Positions 1 to 12,363 of a DNA stretch of 64,000 nucleotides are shown here, in pieces. The notes beneath the pieces are model-generated. The model did not search any database. It saw only the letters and a program-made list of their open reading frames with translations, and was not told where the DNA came from. The stretch's first letter is position 1, and every line of letters starts with the position of its first letter. This stretch comes from Takakia lepidozioides (lineage: Eukaryota > Plantae > Bryophyta): the NCBI GenBank assembly GCA_030704615.1, contig CM060733.1, positions 52,390,001-52,454,000 on the forward strand, in the 5' to 3' direction. Position numbers and translations under genes: made by a program.

Positions 1-45
1 GATCCAAAGTTTACGAGTAAATTCTGGAGAGCACTTTGGAAGAAG

Positions 46-879
46 ATGGGGACGAGGCTGAAGATGAGCACCGCCTTCCGACCTACGACGGACGGCCAAA
101 CGGAAAGAGTGAATTCCGTAGTGAAGCAATTCTTGCGGAATTACGTGTCGGCAGACCAATCAGACTGGATGGAACACTTAGACGCGGCAGAGTTCTGTTA
201 TAATAACACAGAACACTCCGCGACGGGAGTTTCCCCTTTTGTGTTGGTCTATGGAAAAGCACCTCTGGTGCCGACAAGTTGGGCCGCCCAGGACGTTGAG
301 GAACCGGCAGTAGCGGCGGTACTGGAAGAACGCGAGCGTTTGTTGAAGCTCGCAAAGTACAACATTGCCAAAGCTAGGAAACGGTGTGAAAGGCAGGCGA
401 ATCGGAAGCGGAGGGAAGTGAAGTTTGAGGCAGGCACAGAGGTCTGGTTGAACATCAAGAATTTTCGACTACCTCCGGAAGTGAGTCCGAAGTTCGTACC
501 TCCGTATGCGGGCCCCTTTCGCATTCGGAGGGTTATGAATGAGGATGTGTATGAATTGGAGCTGCCGGCAAACACCAAGGTGCACCCAGTATTCCATGTC
601 TCCCTTTTGAAGCCTTACTTCAAAGATGAAGCACATCCGAATCGGCATCAAGTGTTGCGTCCGCCACCTATGCTGTTGGATCATGAAAATGAACCTGAGT
701 ACGAGGTGGAGGCAATACTGAAGTCGAGGAGGTTCAAGAACCGAGAAACGGAGTATCTCGTCAAATGGAAGGGCTATCATCTTGTGGAGGCATCTTGGGT
801 GCGTGCCTCAGAAATGGGAAACGCATCCGAGGCGGTTGCAGCTTTCGAAGGGCGACCTCAAAAGCGGAAGAAGCGTTGA
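46..879 (+). CDS. Gypsy integrase C-terminal part with GPY/F motif and chromodomain (5'-partial, end of pol)
   Basis: STAFRPTTDGQTERVN (integrase catalytic E region), YAGPFRI (GPY/F), HPVFHVSLLKPY, EYEVEAIL...EYLVKWKGY...SW (chromodomain). Confidence 0.93.
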   Translation: MGTRLKMSTAFRPTTDGQTERVNSVVKQFLRNYVSADQSDWMEHLDAAEFCYNNTEHSATGVSPFVLVYGKAPLVPTSWAAQDVEEPAVAAVLEERERLLKLAKYNIAKARKRCERQANRKRREVKFEAGTEVWLNIKNFRLPPEVSPKFVPPYAGPFRIRRVMNEDVYELELPANTKVHPVFHVSLLKPYFKDEAHPNRHQVLRPPPMLLDHENEPEYEVEAILKSRRFKNRETEYLVKWKGYHLVEASWVRASEMGNASEAVAAFEGRPQKRKKR

Positions 880-900
880 TGGGGACATCAACCTTGGAGC

Positions 901-913
901 GTGGGGGAGGAAA
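901..913 (+). other. Polypurine tract of the chromovirus element
   Basis: GTGGGGGAGGAAA lies just after the pol stop and directly before a TG start. Confidence 0.65.
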
Positions 914-2476
914 TGCATGCTTAGCCCGGTTTAGCTAGCTCGGGAATCCGATTGCAAAAACTTGTATTGTACAAAAATTTGTTATAAAGGAAATGGGTTC
1001 CAAATATTGTGCGTCCTATTGTGTTTGGAATGGGGATGCATGGTGTGGTTGACTGGTGTGTAAGATGCATGCTAGCTTACAAAAGTGGGAGAGGTAAATT
1101 GGGTTAATCGTGTGTTTGCACAGTGCCGAAATCGGGTGACTCCCATCCAAGGGGCAAGGAAACTTGCGCCTTATTTGGGAGTTCACGTGCTAGTGCGCAC
1201 CTGGCGCGTGCGCGTACTATAACTGCGCTACCGAGGGGGTTGCCTTGTAGTGCGGGCTAACGCGGAAGCTACGTGCTTCCGTTCACGTACTATAATCGTG
1301 TAGCCTCGGGACGAAGTCGTAGTGCGGCTTCGGCGTGTTCCCGTACCTCAGGCCAGCATTCCAAGGCGGACCCAATTGTAGTGATTGGGGCGCACGGTTG
1401 GTTCAAGGTTATCTTCCTAGTCAAAGAGGGTTCCAGGTGAACCCTCGCTCAAGGTGATGCCAAAAGCGGCATCATGAGCGATCGCAAGCAATGTTGTTGC
1501 AGTAAGGCGATTCGATCCTCGGGGAGGATCGTTCCTTGGCCTTGAAATAGGCCAAGAAGAGTGCACTGGGAGGAGCTGGAGAGGCTCCACCCTTGGCCGG
1601 GACTTGGAGGAAGTCGGTCAAACTAGCTAGTGGAGAGTAGAGTCAAGTGTGGGGTTTGGTTCTTTGCCATGGGACGCCATGGTACGGAAACAAACTCCTT
1701 GATGTGGGACGCCACAACTTGGATGTTCGTTTCTACAAAATGGACAAGTCGATGAGGACATCGACTCCCTGTTGGTAGGGGTGTGTGTCGCGGCCCTTTG
1801 CCTTGAGGGCAGGGGGTCGGGACACATGAGGGGCTGCCCCTGTGGTGGGGGCAGCGGCAGCGATAGGTATGGGGGGCTGAAGCACCCTTGAGTGCCCAAG
1901 GCACTCAAGGAGGCGGAGGCGCTCACTAGGTGGAGCCCCGCACACCGGGTTGCGGTGGAGGTGGCTCCACAAGGGGTGGTGGTAGCTTAGTGGGACTTAG
2001 TGGGGGTGGCATAGGACTCACCATGGGGTGGAGACCTCGAGGTGGGAGTCGTGGGGAGTCTTGGGACTCATCACGGTCCATTGGGGCCGCGGTGAGTGGG
2101 CCAAGACTCACCGCGACTCACCACCGGGAGTCGAGGGTTTTCGTGGTGGTTCGCCATAAAATGGCATGGCTGGTTATGAAACCCCCGCGGACAGCTACAG
2201 AAGTATATATAGGGAGTAGTAACCCCGAGAACGGTGCAAGCCCGTTGGTGACCAAAAACTAGTGAGTAAGCGAGCGAGCCGGAAAGCGACCAAAGAGTGG
2301 GGAGCTGTTCCGGACTGCCATCTACCAAAGGGAATTCTCCTAGTCCCAAACAGGTGGAGGGTTTTAGAGGGAAGCAAAAGGGGACCGTTATGTCCCGGTG
2401 AGCAGCCGAAACTCCAAGTTGGCCCGGCGGCCAGGTTGGGAGTCAGGCGCGCGCATCGAAGCGAGTAACTATGACT
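914..2476 (+). repeat. Putative 3' LTR
   Basis: Starts TGCAT after the PPT and ends near ATGAC(T), a degenerate terminal inverted repeat. TATA-like TATATATA near 2204. The partner LTR is outside the window, so the right edge is approximate. Confidence 0.55.
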
Positions 2477-2487
2477 TGAAGGGGAGT

Positions 2488-3875
2488 TTACCGAAGTGAG
2501 GTGTGCGACACTTGATGCCTCAAGTGCAAATCAAGCGCCCGCTTATATGCGACCTGTTCGGAACTCCTCTTAATCAACTTCTTGATCAAGTCCTTGAACA
2601 TCTCGCATTCTGTGCACTTAGCAAAGGTGCTTCCTGTTTTCCGAACCTCCACGTTAGGAAATATTTGATTCCGTATACGGCTTATAGCTGGCTGCGAGAC
2701 TCCTTTCAAACCGAACAGTCTGTTTGTCTGCACCCCAACTCCCCAACAATGTCAACGTCCACTGGGCAGTGGAGGTTCTACAAAGTGGAAGAACAAGAAA
2801 GAATGATGGCATCAAAAAGAATAAAATCATCCACAGTATTTTGAAAAACGAAAGGGGACAACGAATAAAAGTCACCTCGTTGGACTCCTCTTGAATTCTC
2901 TTCCAGTTCATTTCGGGTGGCAAAATTCTCAAAGTATCCTGACGTCCCTCTCCAATGCAACGTGTTTTGTGAGGCATAAGATCAGTATTGGCATTGATAA
3001 TGGACATAATGTTCCCCTCTGCCTGGGGTGTCCCTGGTCGCGGCCGCGTCCGTGGAAAGATGACAAACAGCCCTCTTTACTGAGCTTTTTGTACTCCATG
3101 TACGTTGATCTTCCAATTCCGTGTATTATCCACCATGCTTTCTCACAAACATCAACACCTTCTCTCATCGAATGACGAACCCCAAAATGCAGTACGAATT
3201 GCCAAGGTTTTTCTCCAATCAAAATACTGGCAGCACTGAAGCTTGCATCAAGGTTTGCTGCTCACCGACCTCACCTCATCCAAAGTAAGATTTTTCTTGC
3301 ACTTTTTTTAGTCCTCCATATTGGATGGATTCTTCTTCCTAGTAAAATGCATGTATGCTGCTTTCAATACGCCTGTACCATGGTCGTCATTCTCCATGTC
3401 ACTGCATGATCGTAGGAAATTTTCGAGATCAACAGAGAGTTGAGAACTTGGATTGAATATTTCAAAACGACTTCACATTATGGATGGGTCATGGCGCAGG
3501 TGGTACAAGAAGTCTTGTTTTTGTTAACGGCCTTTTCACAATCGACATCAGTGAACCGGACTCTCCAGAGATTGTTCTGGTGACCAGAACCCCAACATCG
3601 TCCTTTCCGAGTTTGTCATTCAGAATGATCTCGTTAGGAATGCATGCCTGAATTCGGCCTTCAAACAGGGCGTTTCCGTCCTCCCCAAGAAGAAGACACT
3701 GCAAGTTTCTCCAACAATCTCTCCCCAGACCTGCAGGCAGATCCCCTTTCAGTGTTTTGACATTGATAATCACTATCTTCTGTGATGGAATGACATCCTG
3801 GGTTTCTCGGGGATGCTGAATCCACAGTTTCATGCATGCGAACAAAGGACACGTCCCACACAACTGGAGTCCCAA
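2488..3875 (-). pseudogene. N-terminal part of a Sola-like (DUF7869-type) transposase, spliced and frameshifted, cut off at the LTR
   Basis: VCEKAWWIIHGIGRSTY and STFAKCTECEMFK...HLRHQ resemble Sola-type N-terminal Cys/His motifs. Intron about 2730-2874. Catalytic domain is not in the window. Confidence 0.55.
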
Positions 3876-6800
3876 TGGCCTCCTTCAATGTGTCAGCATC
3901 CATGTGTCGATAAGGCAGAGGACACGAGCCGAATGCATCATCACAAAAGATCAGGGTAACTGAAATGGTGGACGAACACAAGTGGTGTCCATGGCAAGTT
4001 CCATCCCCAGAAACACTCAGGCAATCTCCTGAGGCAACAACTGAAGGAGATCCAGGAAGCGACAGAAACACCCTTTGGCCTACTTGGAACCCCAAGAAGT
4101 TAGTAACCTCCACTAGGCAGTGGAGGTTCACTAAAATCCTATTGCAGGACTGAAGATTAACTGAAGGAAAGAACGTTGTGCCACCGAAAGGAGAAACTTT
4201 AAGTATAACTTTTTCGACGGTTTTGAATGAGAAAAACAATATGGATTGAAAAAGTAAAGTCAATGTTTAGATCTACACTGGGACTGATGAAACACAATTG
4301 GAATTAAATTGGATTACGAGGGCGGAGTATAGACTACATCTATCTGAACTGTTAGATGAAGTCACAAATGCCAACCTCCACTGGACAGTGGAGGTTGGAT
4401 GATATCTGTTGATGAAATCAACCACATGGATGAACAATGGATAATGAAGAAGCCCTCTGTAGATGAAAAATTGATTCTATGGATGGATGAATATTAATGT
4501 GGCGACTGCCCAGTGGAGGTTTGGGAATAACTTTAGACAAAGAAAAGGAAATTTAGCTGGTGCACATGGAGAGTACAAAAAAAAATGAGTATCATACTAT
4601 CCTACGTGAGAAATGTGCAGTTGACACCTGAGACTAAGGAAGCAGGGAGAGACTTAGAGGCTGCTTCAGAAGTACCCTATGGGCAGAGTGGTGCAGGACA
4701 GGCAAAGAGGTACACGTTGTCCAGAGAGGTGCAGGATGTCCAGAGAGGTGCGTGAGAGAAAAGAAGCAAGTGAGAGGTTCAAAGTGGGAAGTTGGTGTTG
4801 TGTGGAGTCGGACGTTATATAGAGGTGACATGTAACTTTCATCTTTGAATCGCTCCAATGGCAGTGTGGTATGCTTTCTCCCGGATCGATTGTGGCCACC
4901 GTGGATTAAGGCGGAATCAAACGGCTTATTTCATTCGCGAAATCACGGCTTCATTGAAAGTGTGCACAATTTTCCATTTATTGACAGCAACCATTGTCAC
5001 ATTAATTATGGAACAAACGATAACGGCCGCGATCAGACTGAATTCTATCGTACTTGTACGTTAGTAGGACTACAAGTCTGGCATCATAATCGTGCGGCTC
5101 TGACAGCAGACTCTGGAATAAGCGTGAAGGATGTCGATTCTGACAAGTGGCCTGGAGAAATGAAGTCAGGCGGCTAATCGCCACCACTTATTCTGGACTG
5201 CACATTAACAATTGACCATTATAATTAGCTGGGAGGAATCCGGAGGTGAACCATAAAGCACTTTGAGATTGTTCTGTTTATATTTATCGTGCTGTTACAG
5301 TGAATAAAACACTTGGGTAGGGCGGGGCATTTCATGCTGGCGCATTGCATTGGACAGCGAGGGCGGTGCATTACAGGTGTGCGGAATGCTCTGCCGTGCA
5401 TTGCTTGCTTGCACATGTTTAATGTAGGGATGGACCCCTCGTGTCGGGTATCCCTCAATAAATGGGTAGTCCCTATGGTGGCTCTGGACCTTAAATCAAG
5501 GAATGCCCGACACGAGGGGCCATCTACTATCCTTAAAGCCGTATGTCACATGGCACTTGCGGGTGTTGTCAAGGAATATTGACGCCAAGCGGCTAACAGC
5601 CGAAAGTAATTGTGGATGGCTCATAATGAGACAATGATTATACAGTGTGACGAATCCGTAGGTACAACGTTGTGTCCTCTGGCAGATTGAGTTCGAAACG
5701 ACTGCCTAGGCGTGTCACGTGGGTGGTCACATGTGCGTTTGGGGCGTGGGTTAAGGTTTGTTGGCATCGAATCTATTTTAAGATTTTTGTAAGTGTGAGG
5801 GTTGCAGAGTCTGACCAATGGCGTCATTATAATCATTTCATCCTTTTTTCATTCGTATATCCAGTCGTCTGTCCAAACGTGTGTGCATTCGTGGAACAAA
5901 AGTTGAACTAATTTCATCTGTGTGGATGGACAGTATTAATGTTAGTTTGCGTGGATGGGGCAGAACATCCATTTGGGCCGCGCGACCATTCGATTTTGGA
6001 CGGAGGCGATGGTTCAGATCATCCTTGAAGGTCGCTTATAAGGGGTGCGCTATTTGAGCCCGGCCTTTGGGCTTCCCGTTTTCTACGCGTAAGCGCTGCG
6101 CGTGTGAGAGCTTAACAGTTGAGAGAGGAGAGCGTGAAAGAGAAGAGTTTTGGAGCTCGTTTTGCAGCAACTGGACACTGGAGCGTGGAGAGAAAGAGAG
6201 CAGACTTGGCCGAGTGCAGAGAGAGGAGAGGGTGAAAGGTGAGAGAGTGAAATAGGCGAAATTTGAAGAGCGGGGAGGAGAGACCGGACAGTGGCGAGTG
6301 GAGATTGACGAGTGTAGAGGCGAGAGCACCTTGCAATTACCGGCAGGCGGAGGTGCGGAAGAGAGTATCAAACAAAGGACCGTGGTTGCAGGGGCACCAA
6401 AATGGCCGGCACAAGCAGGTACATCATTGAAAACTCTCTCTTTTCGTCTTCTGTTTCATGTTTTGTGTTTGGCCTGTTCTAAATTCATGTGTTGGCCTGT
6501 TCTCAGTTTTGTGTTGGCCCGCTCTCGATTCATGTGGCCTGTTCTAGATTCAATTCGTTTGGATCCTGCTTCATTCTATGCTGCACTGCACTGTCTTCAG
6601 TGCTTCAGTCCATGCTTTGGTGCACATTAGGTTTATGTTTCATTGTTTGCTTCGTTGTTTGCTTCAATCCTGTTTCATTCTCTGTCAATTCATTTCACTC
6701 CTACTCCATTCTGTGCTTCAGTGCATTCCTGCGTCATTGCTTCACTGTTGTTTTTCAATTCACCGATGGTTTGTAGGGTGGTTTTGTGTGGTGGTTTTGT

Positions 6801-9493
6801 GTGCAATTGGGTTTGTGTGTGCTTGTTCTGGTCGATTAGGGTAATGGTTTAGGGTGGCGGGAGATTACCGTGCTGGTTGTATTGCTTCTTTTGTTCATTG
6901 TGGTGGTTTTTTGAGGACAGTGGTTTCGAAAATGCCCGGATGTTTATTTCTCAACCGTTTTCTTGATCCCCAAATCCAACGTTAGTTTGTTCTTGTCAAT
7001 CAATAGTTGATGCATTTCTTCCCATTCAAATTCGATTCTGAATGGAAATTTTCATTTCTTATCCAATTTTGTCGAATTCGGCAATTCTGAAAAACCACGA
7101 TAGCCTAGTGTACTTGTATTCTACAATAGACATAGGCTAACAGTAGGCTTCGTGCAGGCCAGAGTAGACTATTCGTAGACCCATGTCATGCACATGAGGA
7201 ACCAGAAATTGGAACCTCCACTGCCCAGTGGACTGAATTCTGTATGGGGAAGCTGAATGGCATTTTTTCAAAGTAAGGACGAAATTGGATAATTCCGGGA
7301 CAATTGAAAATCAGTTTGAGACGATGTGGGAACAAGTGATGGAATCATATGTGTAACATACTTTCCAACGAGACTGGGATACGATAATTGGGAACCTCCA
7401 CTACCCAGTGGAGGTTCGATATTTCTTTGGGTCAACCAGTTACACACTTTGATTAGTTTTTATGTCAGAATGAGAAAGAGGAATGAGGTTGGGGAACCGG
7501 TGTCTGACGATGAGTACAAGACCGCCAGATTAAATTGGAGCAAGAGACGGTGTTTGGTAGACGTGATGGAAGCGGACCATCTAGATCAAAAACATGGTGT
7601 TTCGGAACCAGATGAAAAATCCAGTTGGGGGTCTACCGAGCCGAACAAAGTGTCTGTCAATGACGAAAATGTGACTGTAGAATCCCCGTGGAACGCATCC
7701 GAATCTCCGAACAATACACTTGAAGACATATGTAAGGATTCCCTGGAGGAAATAAGAGAAAGCGTTCATGTAAACAATGATATCAACGGATCTCCTGCCT
7801 ACTCCCAAGATTATCCGAAATACACCCCTTCAGACTATTCCCCGGACACATTGGCGGCGATACGAGTGACCGTTTTTGGATATCCTGCATCTCCGGGTTA
7901 CTCGCCAGCATCTCCTGAATCCACAACAGGATCTGAAGGATATTACCCTCCAAACTTCCTCCTGGACACTGCAACGACGGGGGGAGTCCTGGAACTACTG
8001 GACGTCTCCGGATCTCCAGGATACTCCCCTGCGTCTCCTAATAGTATCACCGGATCCCCAAAATATACCCCTCCAGACTATTCGCTTGATACACTCAGAG
8101 AGATAAGAAGGAGCATTCTGTAGTTCTTGGGTATATAATCTAGAATCGTCTGAATATAGTGCGAGAAGTTCCTTAGTATATTTTGGACGAATTAGGTTCG
8201 AAGATTTCTATTGTAGATTTGTCCTGTTTCACGATAATGTACTCAATGGCTCCTGAGCCTCATTTTCATTAAAGTTTTTTTCTACAACATCTGTAAAATA
8301 TGGAGGATTTCTCATTTCATTTAGGAAGCCTTGTACATACAAACCTCCACTGTCCAGTGGTGGTTCTCATTTCTGGAATGATGGATGCTAGTAAGAGGGA
8401 TCCTGTTATTTGATTATCTAATGAATTTGTGTTTGGTTGTAACGGGGTTGTAACAGAAGACATCCTATACCACCAGATTGCGTCCCGAGATTGATTGGAG
8501 ATATTTGTGGCGCATTCGTATGCCGGAAGCCCTCACATTTCAAAACTGAGCATACCGCAATTTTTGAGCTTAACCCAGAGGTGACAGATTGGGGCATCGT
8601 GCCTGTCGGTACACCTCCTGATCACAAACTGTCTTTTCATTACAAAAGTCTCGGAGTAATAACAGACTTAAAATAGAGCTTGAATCTGAAGAGGAAAACC
8701 CGATGTTGGTTTTGTTCCTGCATGAGGATGCGAGAACCCCCAGGACGTTTGGTTTCAAAGTGGAGGTGGGTCGTCTAAACAAGTCGTTGATGAGTGAATG
8801 CATTGCACTGGGTTTTAGATTTCCAGACGAGGGCTCAGTATTTACCGACGTAGGTTTGTCGAGGGCCTGGAGTATTTTTCTGGATCTTCTGCACGCAATG
8901 GGGAACGACATTCGCAAGAAGCGAGCACTACAAGAAGCATCAAAGCTGAAGAAGGGAAAACGCAAGTCGTCGACAACCGGCAATGATGACAATGAGGCCA
9001 GGACTTCCGCAGGAAAGAAGAAATAGAAGGAGGATCAGGATCCAACATTGATATCAGATAACAAGAGACCTAAAGCTGGGGAGATTTTTGACAATGAAAA
9101 ATGCGAGAAGATGGAGGAGAGGCTCACGAAGGAATACAATGATGTATTTCCATTCGGATTCGAGAGAGTACCTTCCTTGTGAAGGTTTTCATGATGGAAC
9201 TAGCTCCAAGGAGCATGGTTTACAGGCCGTTAAATATCAAGCATAAGGACGAAGTGAAAGCGCGACTCTTCCAACTTCATTTGTTCGACTCCAAACATCC
9301 GGTGTATCTTGCGCCAATCAACCCTTCCAATCCAGAGAAGATTGCTTCATCGCGACCGAAGCAATGGAAAGAGATGGACGTATCAAGGTTCTTCGTAATT
9401 GGTGGACAACACACCATCGTGGCAGCAAAGGTAATGGACTTCATTTCCTCCCAGACCTCTCTTTTAACGAACCTCCACTGGGCAGTGGAGGTT
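2754..9493. repeat. Dispersed 24-bp palindrome AACCTCCACTG-NN-CAGTGGAGGTT (8 copies)
   Basis: Copies at 2754, 4105, 4373, 4505 (partial), 7213 (partial), 7393, 8342 and 9470. Confidence 0.9.
7326..8123 (+). CDS. Unknown S/P/Y-rich protein with YSPASP repeats, inside the Sola-like element
   Basis: 265-aa ORF with an internal duplication (PKYTPxDYS twice, SPGYSPASP twice). The true start is probably downstream or spliced. Confidence 0.4.
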   Translation: MGTSDGIICVTYFPTRLGYDNWEPPLPSGGSIFLWVNQLHTLISFYVRMRKRNEVGEPVSDDEYKTARLNWSKRRCLVDVMEADHLDQKHGVSEPDEKSSWGSTEPNKVSVNDENVTVESPWNASESPNNTLEDICKDSLEEIRESVHVNNDINGSPAYSQDYPKYTPSDYSPDTLAAIRVTVFGYPASPGYSPASPESTTGSEGYYPPNFLLDTATTGGVLELLDVSGSPGYSPASPNSITGSPKYTPPDYSLDTLREIRRSIL

Positions 9494-11060
9494 GGTGTTG
9501 AACTACAAAATTGGATATGTCCCCACACTTTCAACTCTCTCACCTATTTTACATTAACTGTAGCAGGAACTTCTCGAGGATCTTGCCGACAGCGAACTGA
9601 AGGAGTACTACCGGGAGTGGCCTGCGAAGATTGTATGGTCTACCGATGAACAAAGGCTCCTGAAGTTGTCAAAGCTCCTCAACGATCCCAATAAGACGCA
9701 AAAGTTTGATACAACAATGCCAGAGAAAGTTGCACATGCGCGAATATTATTCAACCTGAGGGGGAAGCCAAAGAAATACAACGATCACACCACCAAGTCC
9801 GAGACGAAACAATGTAAGGTATGCATTTATGGAATCAAAATCTACTATTCACATTCATTTTATGCTAAAGAATACTTCTGTTGTCGGAGTGACAACTAAT
9901 TTATCCCTGGATGAGTGTGTAGGAGTTCATGTTTGCCTGTCATTTGATACTTGAAATGGGTAGCATTAAGGAGGCAATGGTCCTGGTACTTTGCGACGAC
10001 GACATTTGGAAGATTTGGGAAGATGTTTTCAAAAACTGGGAGCAGGGAAAGCTACTCGACCCGCTTGGGATACAGTACAAGGGTGAACAGCAACAGCTCA
10101 CGAAATCTGCTATCGCAAAGCTGCAAGGGTTGAATAGATGGTAGCTGATAAAAGTTGCGCAGAAAATCCTGGACCTGAAATTGACCATTCGAGATTACAA
10201 AGGTCAAGACAAATCAATTCAAGGCATGAACAAATACATAGACGACATGAAAAATGCGTCGGTTTATTGTCGACGATGTGATGGAAGTGTTGGGGTGGCC
10301 TCGTAGGAGCAAACAGTGCACGGAACCGTACACTAAGGACGAGTGGCGTGAAGTGAAGAGAAAATACCACTTCAATAAGGCAGAGTTCTCAACATTTAAA
10401 GACAAACTGGTGACGGATTACATCCAAAGCAAGATCAAGATGAACATGGAGACAAAACCACTCACGGCCGCTTTTGTTAAGTACGTCTCCTCCATCAAGA
10501 AAGCTTATGATGATAGAGAGGATGCCATGGCGATTATTTCAGCGAGTTTCAAGACTCATTACGCTATCATGGGTGGAGAAACAAAATTTGCCGATGCCAA
10601 GTCCCGTCTACGACTCGCACCGAAGAAACGGTTTGACAACATAGCAATGGTGTTCGTCAATACAATTTCTGAAGACGACTTTGTGGTATTTGAGTCCAAG
10701 GATTATGTGAACATACTGGAGACCTTTGTGGCTCAGAAAATGAACACGAGTGCTTTTGTTTTCTTCTCGACGCAACCGTCCTCGGCCAATCTGGTTTCCT
10801 ACATCCAAAATGGACACGGAAGAACATCGTATCTTGTCCGTCAGGGATTTTATGTTCCGGGAGAGTATGAAAATATTTACAAAACAGCACGAAGACTTTC
10901 TCTCGGACTGTACTGTGCCTGGACTATGTTTTTCCAGCGACACCTGAGGAGATGCAGAATCCGGACGAGCACACCTCCACCGTACTCTTAATCGAGCCAA
11001 TACAGCCGATTCTGGGAAGGGCCTTCTGAGAAGCCATCAGCTTTTGAAGAAGAGTGCAGG
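8491..11060 (+). pseudogene. Spliced, disrupted ParB/Srx-like protein with a truncated methyltransferase-like C-terminus
   Basis: YRPLNIKH...FFVIGGQHTIVAAK is a ParB/Srx-like signature. Introns about 9431-9566 and 9819-9922. In-frame stop near 10142. WEGPSEKPSAF at 11013-11045 parallels WRGAKEKSPAF in the MULE-borne gene. Confidence 0.55.
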
Positions 11061-12363
11061 ACTTATAATCATGAGCTATGAGCTGAAAACTCTGAGAAAA
11101 TAAAATTTAGAATATATTTAGAAATATTATATGGTACTAATATATTGGCGGCACCACATTTAAATTAAAATAGGGTCCAAAATGAAGACGGATATAGGGT
11201 GGAGATAAATTAAAGGGACACGTGTCGATCAGTGACACGCATCGGAGAGGGCGTAGGTGCATGTGCACAACAACCCTAGGCTTCCCTCTCTCCTGTCGGC
11301 TGCAATTCGTGGTGACATTGTGCTAGACAGAGAGAGAGAGAAAGGGTTGTGTGCTCAGGGTGCAAGCATTGTGGCCCACAGGTTTTGAAGCTTGCAGGGC
11401 GTGACAATGGAGAAACGTAGATTGAGGGGGAATGATAGCAACACAAACATGGCGGCCCATAGGTTTTGAGGGACATGGTGGATAGGCAGAATACAAAAAA
11501 TGAGAAGAAAGGTAGGGAGTAGGTGGGAGGAATCTCGACAACCAGTTGATCTCCTTAACAAGCCAGCCACAACAATCATGGTGCTTCTCAACTACTTCTC
11601 AAAATCTAGAGGGCATCTGAAATTCAAATATGATGTAACTGACAGCAAGTGGATAAACATAAATTCGATTATTAGTTCAGTTACTATGAGATTTGATTTT
11701 GCTCAAAACCTTTAAATGATGCTGATGCATCTACTTTGGATAAATTTGTTTCCAGCAAATAAAAATTTTATTACCCCGTATTTTTTTATATAAAAAATTC
11801 AGGTTAATATAGGGTGTCCAATATTTGTTACCTGCTATAAAATATAAATAATATAGCCTACAAGAAATTATGTCATATTACAAAATTTTGTAATAATAGG
11901 GTGGCCAAAAATTTAGAAAATAGAATTAATACCCCCATAGAAAATGCCTATTTGCCTCACGTGCCTAGGAAACTAGATAGGGAGTGACCTCCCCGAGATT
12001 TTGCTGGAAAATCTGAAACCCCTCCCATCCATGCTTGACATGAGCACTCTCCAGCCTCATCATGTCCCTACCCTTGAAATAATTCATCACCACTTCTTTC
12101 ACCCTATCCAAGGCATCCGATCCCGGGTAGTCTGGCTTGTTGACCTGGCTATCCCGCTCGTAGGCACGTTTTCTCTTCCTCCGACCCCCAGACGACCCCG
12201 CCTCAGAACTTGAATTTACAACCCCCGACATTGTATAAACCTTTCCTACTACAGGGTCCAAAATCTCAGAAAACGGCAATGAACGCATGTGGATGGTGTC
12301 TTCGTAGTTTTCTGCAAAAAAACAGGCCGCCGGAGATCCAAAAACGGCAAAATGGTGATACAA

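Larger units (their letters stand above)
1..2476 (+). mobile_element. 3' part of a Ty3/Gypsy chromovirus LTR retrotransposon
   Basis: Integrase C-terminus plus chromodomain ORF, then a purine tract (901-913) and about 1.56 kb of LTR-like sequence. Confidence 0.85.

Noticed and set aside
1623-2468. Several overlapping short ORFs
   Set aside because: They lie in the GC-rich putative LTR and show no protein motifs.
11090-11975. Possible Helitron-like insertion truncating the ParB-like gene
   Set aside because: An AT-rich block ending in CTAG is suggestive, but I could not establish a clear subterminal hairpin or the other terminus.
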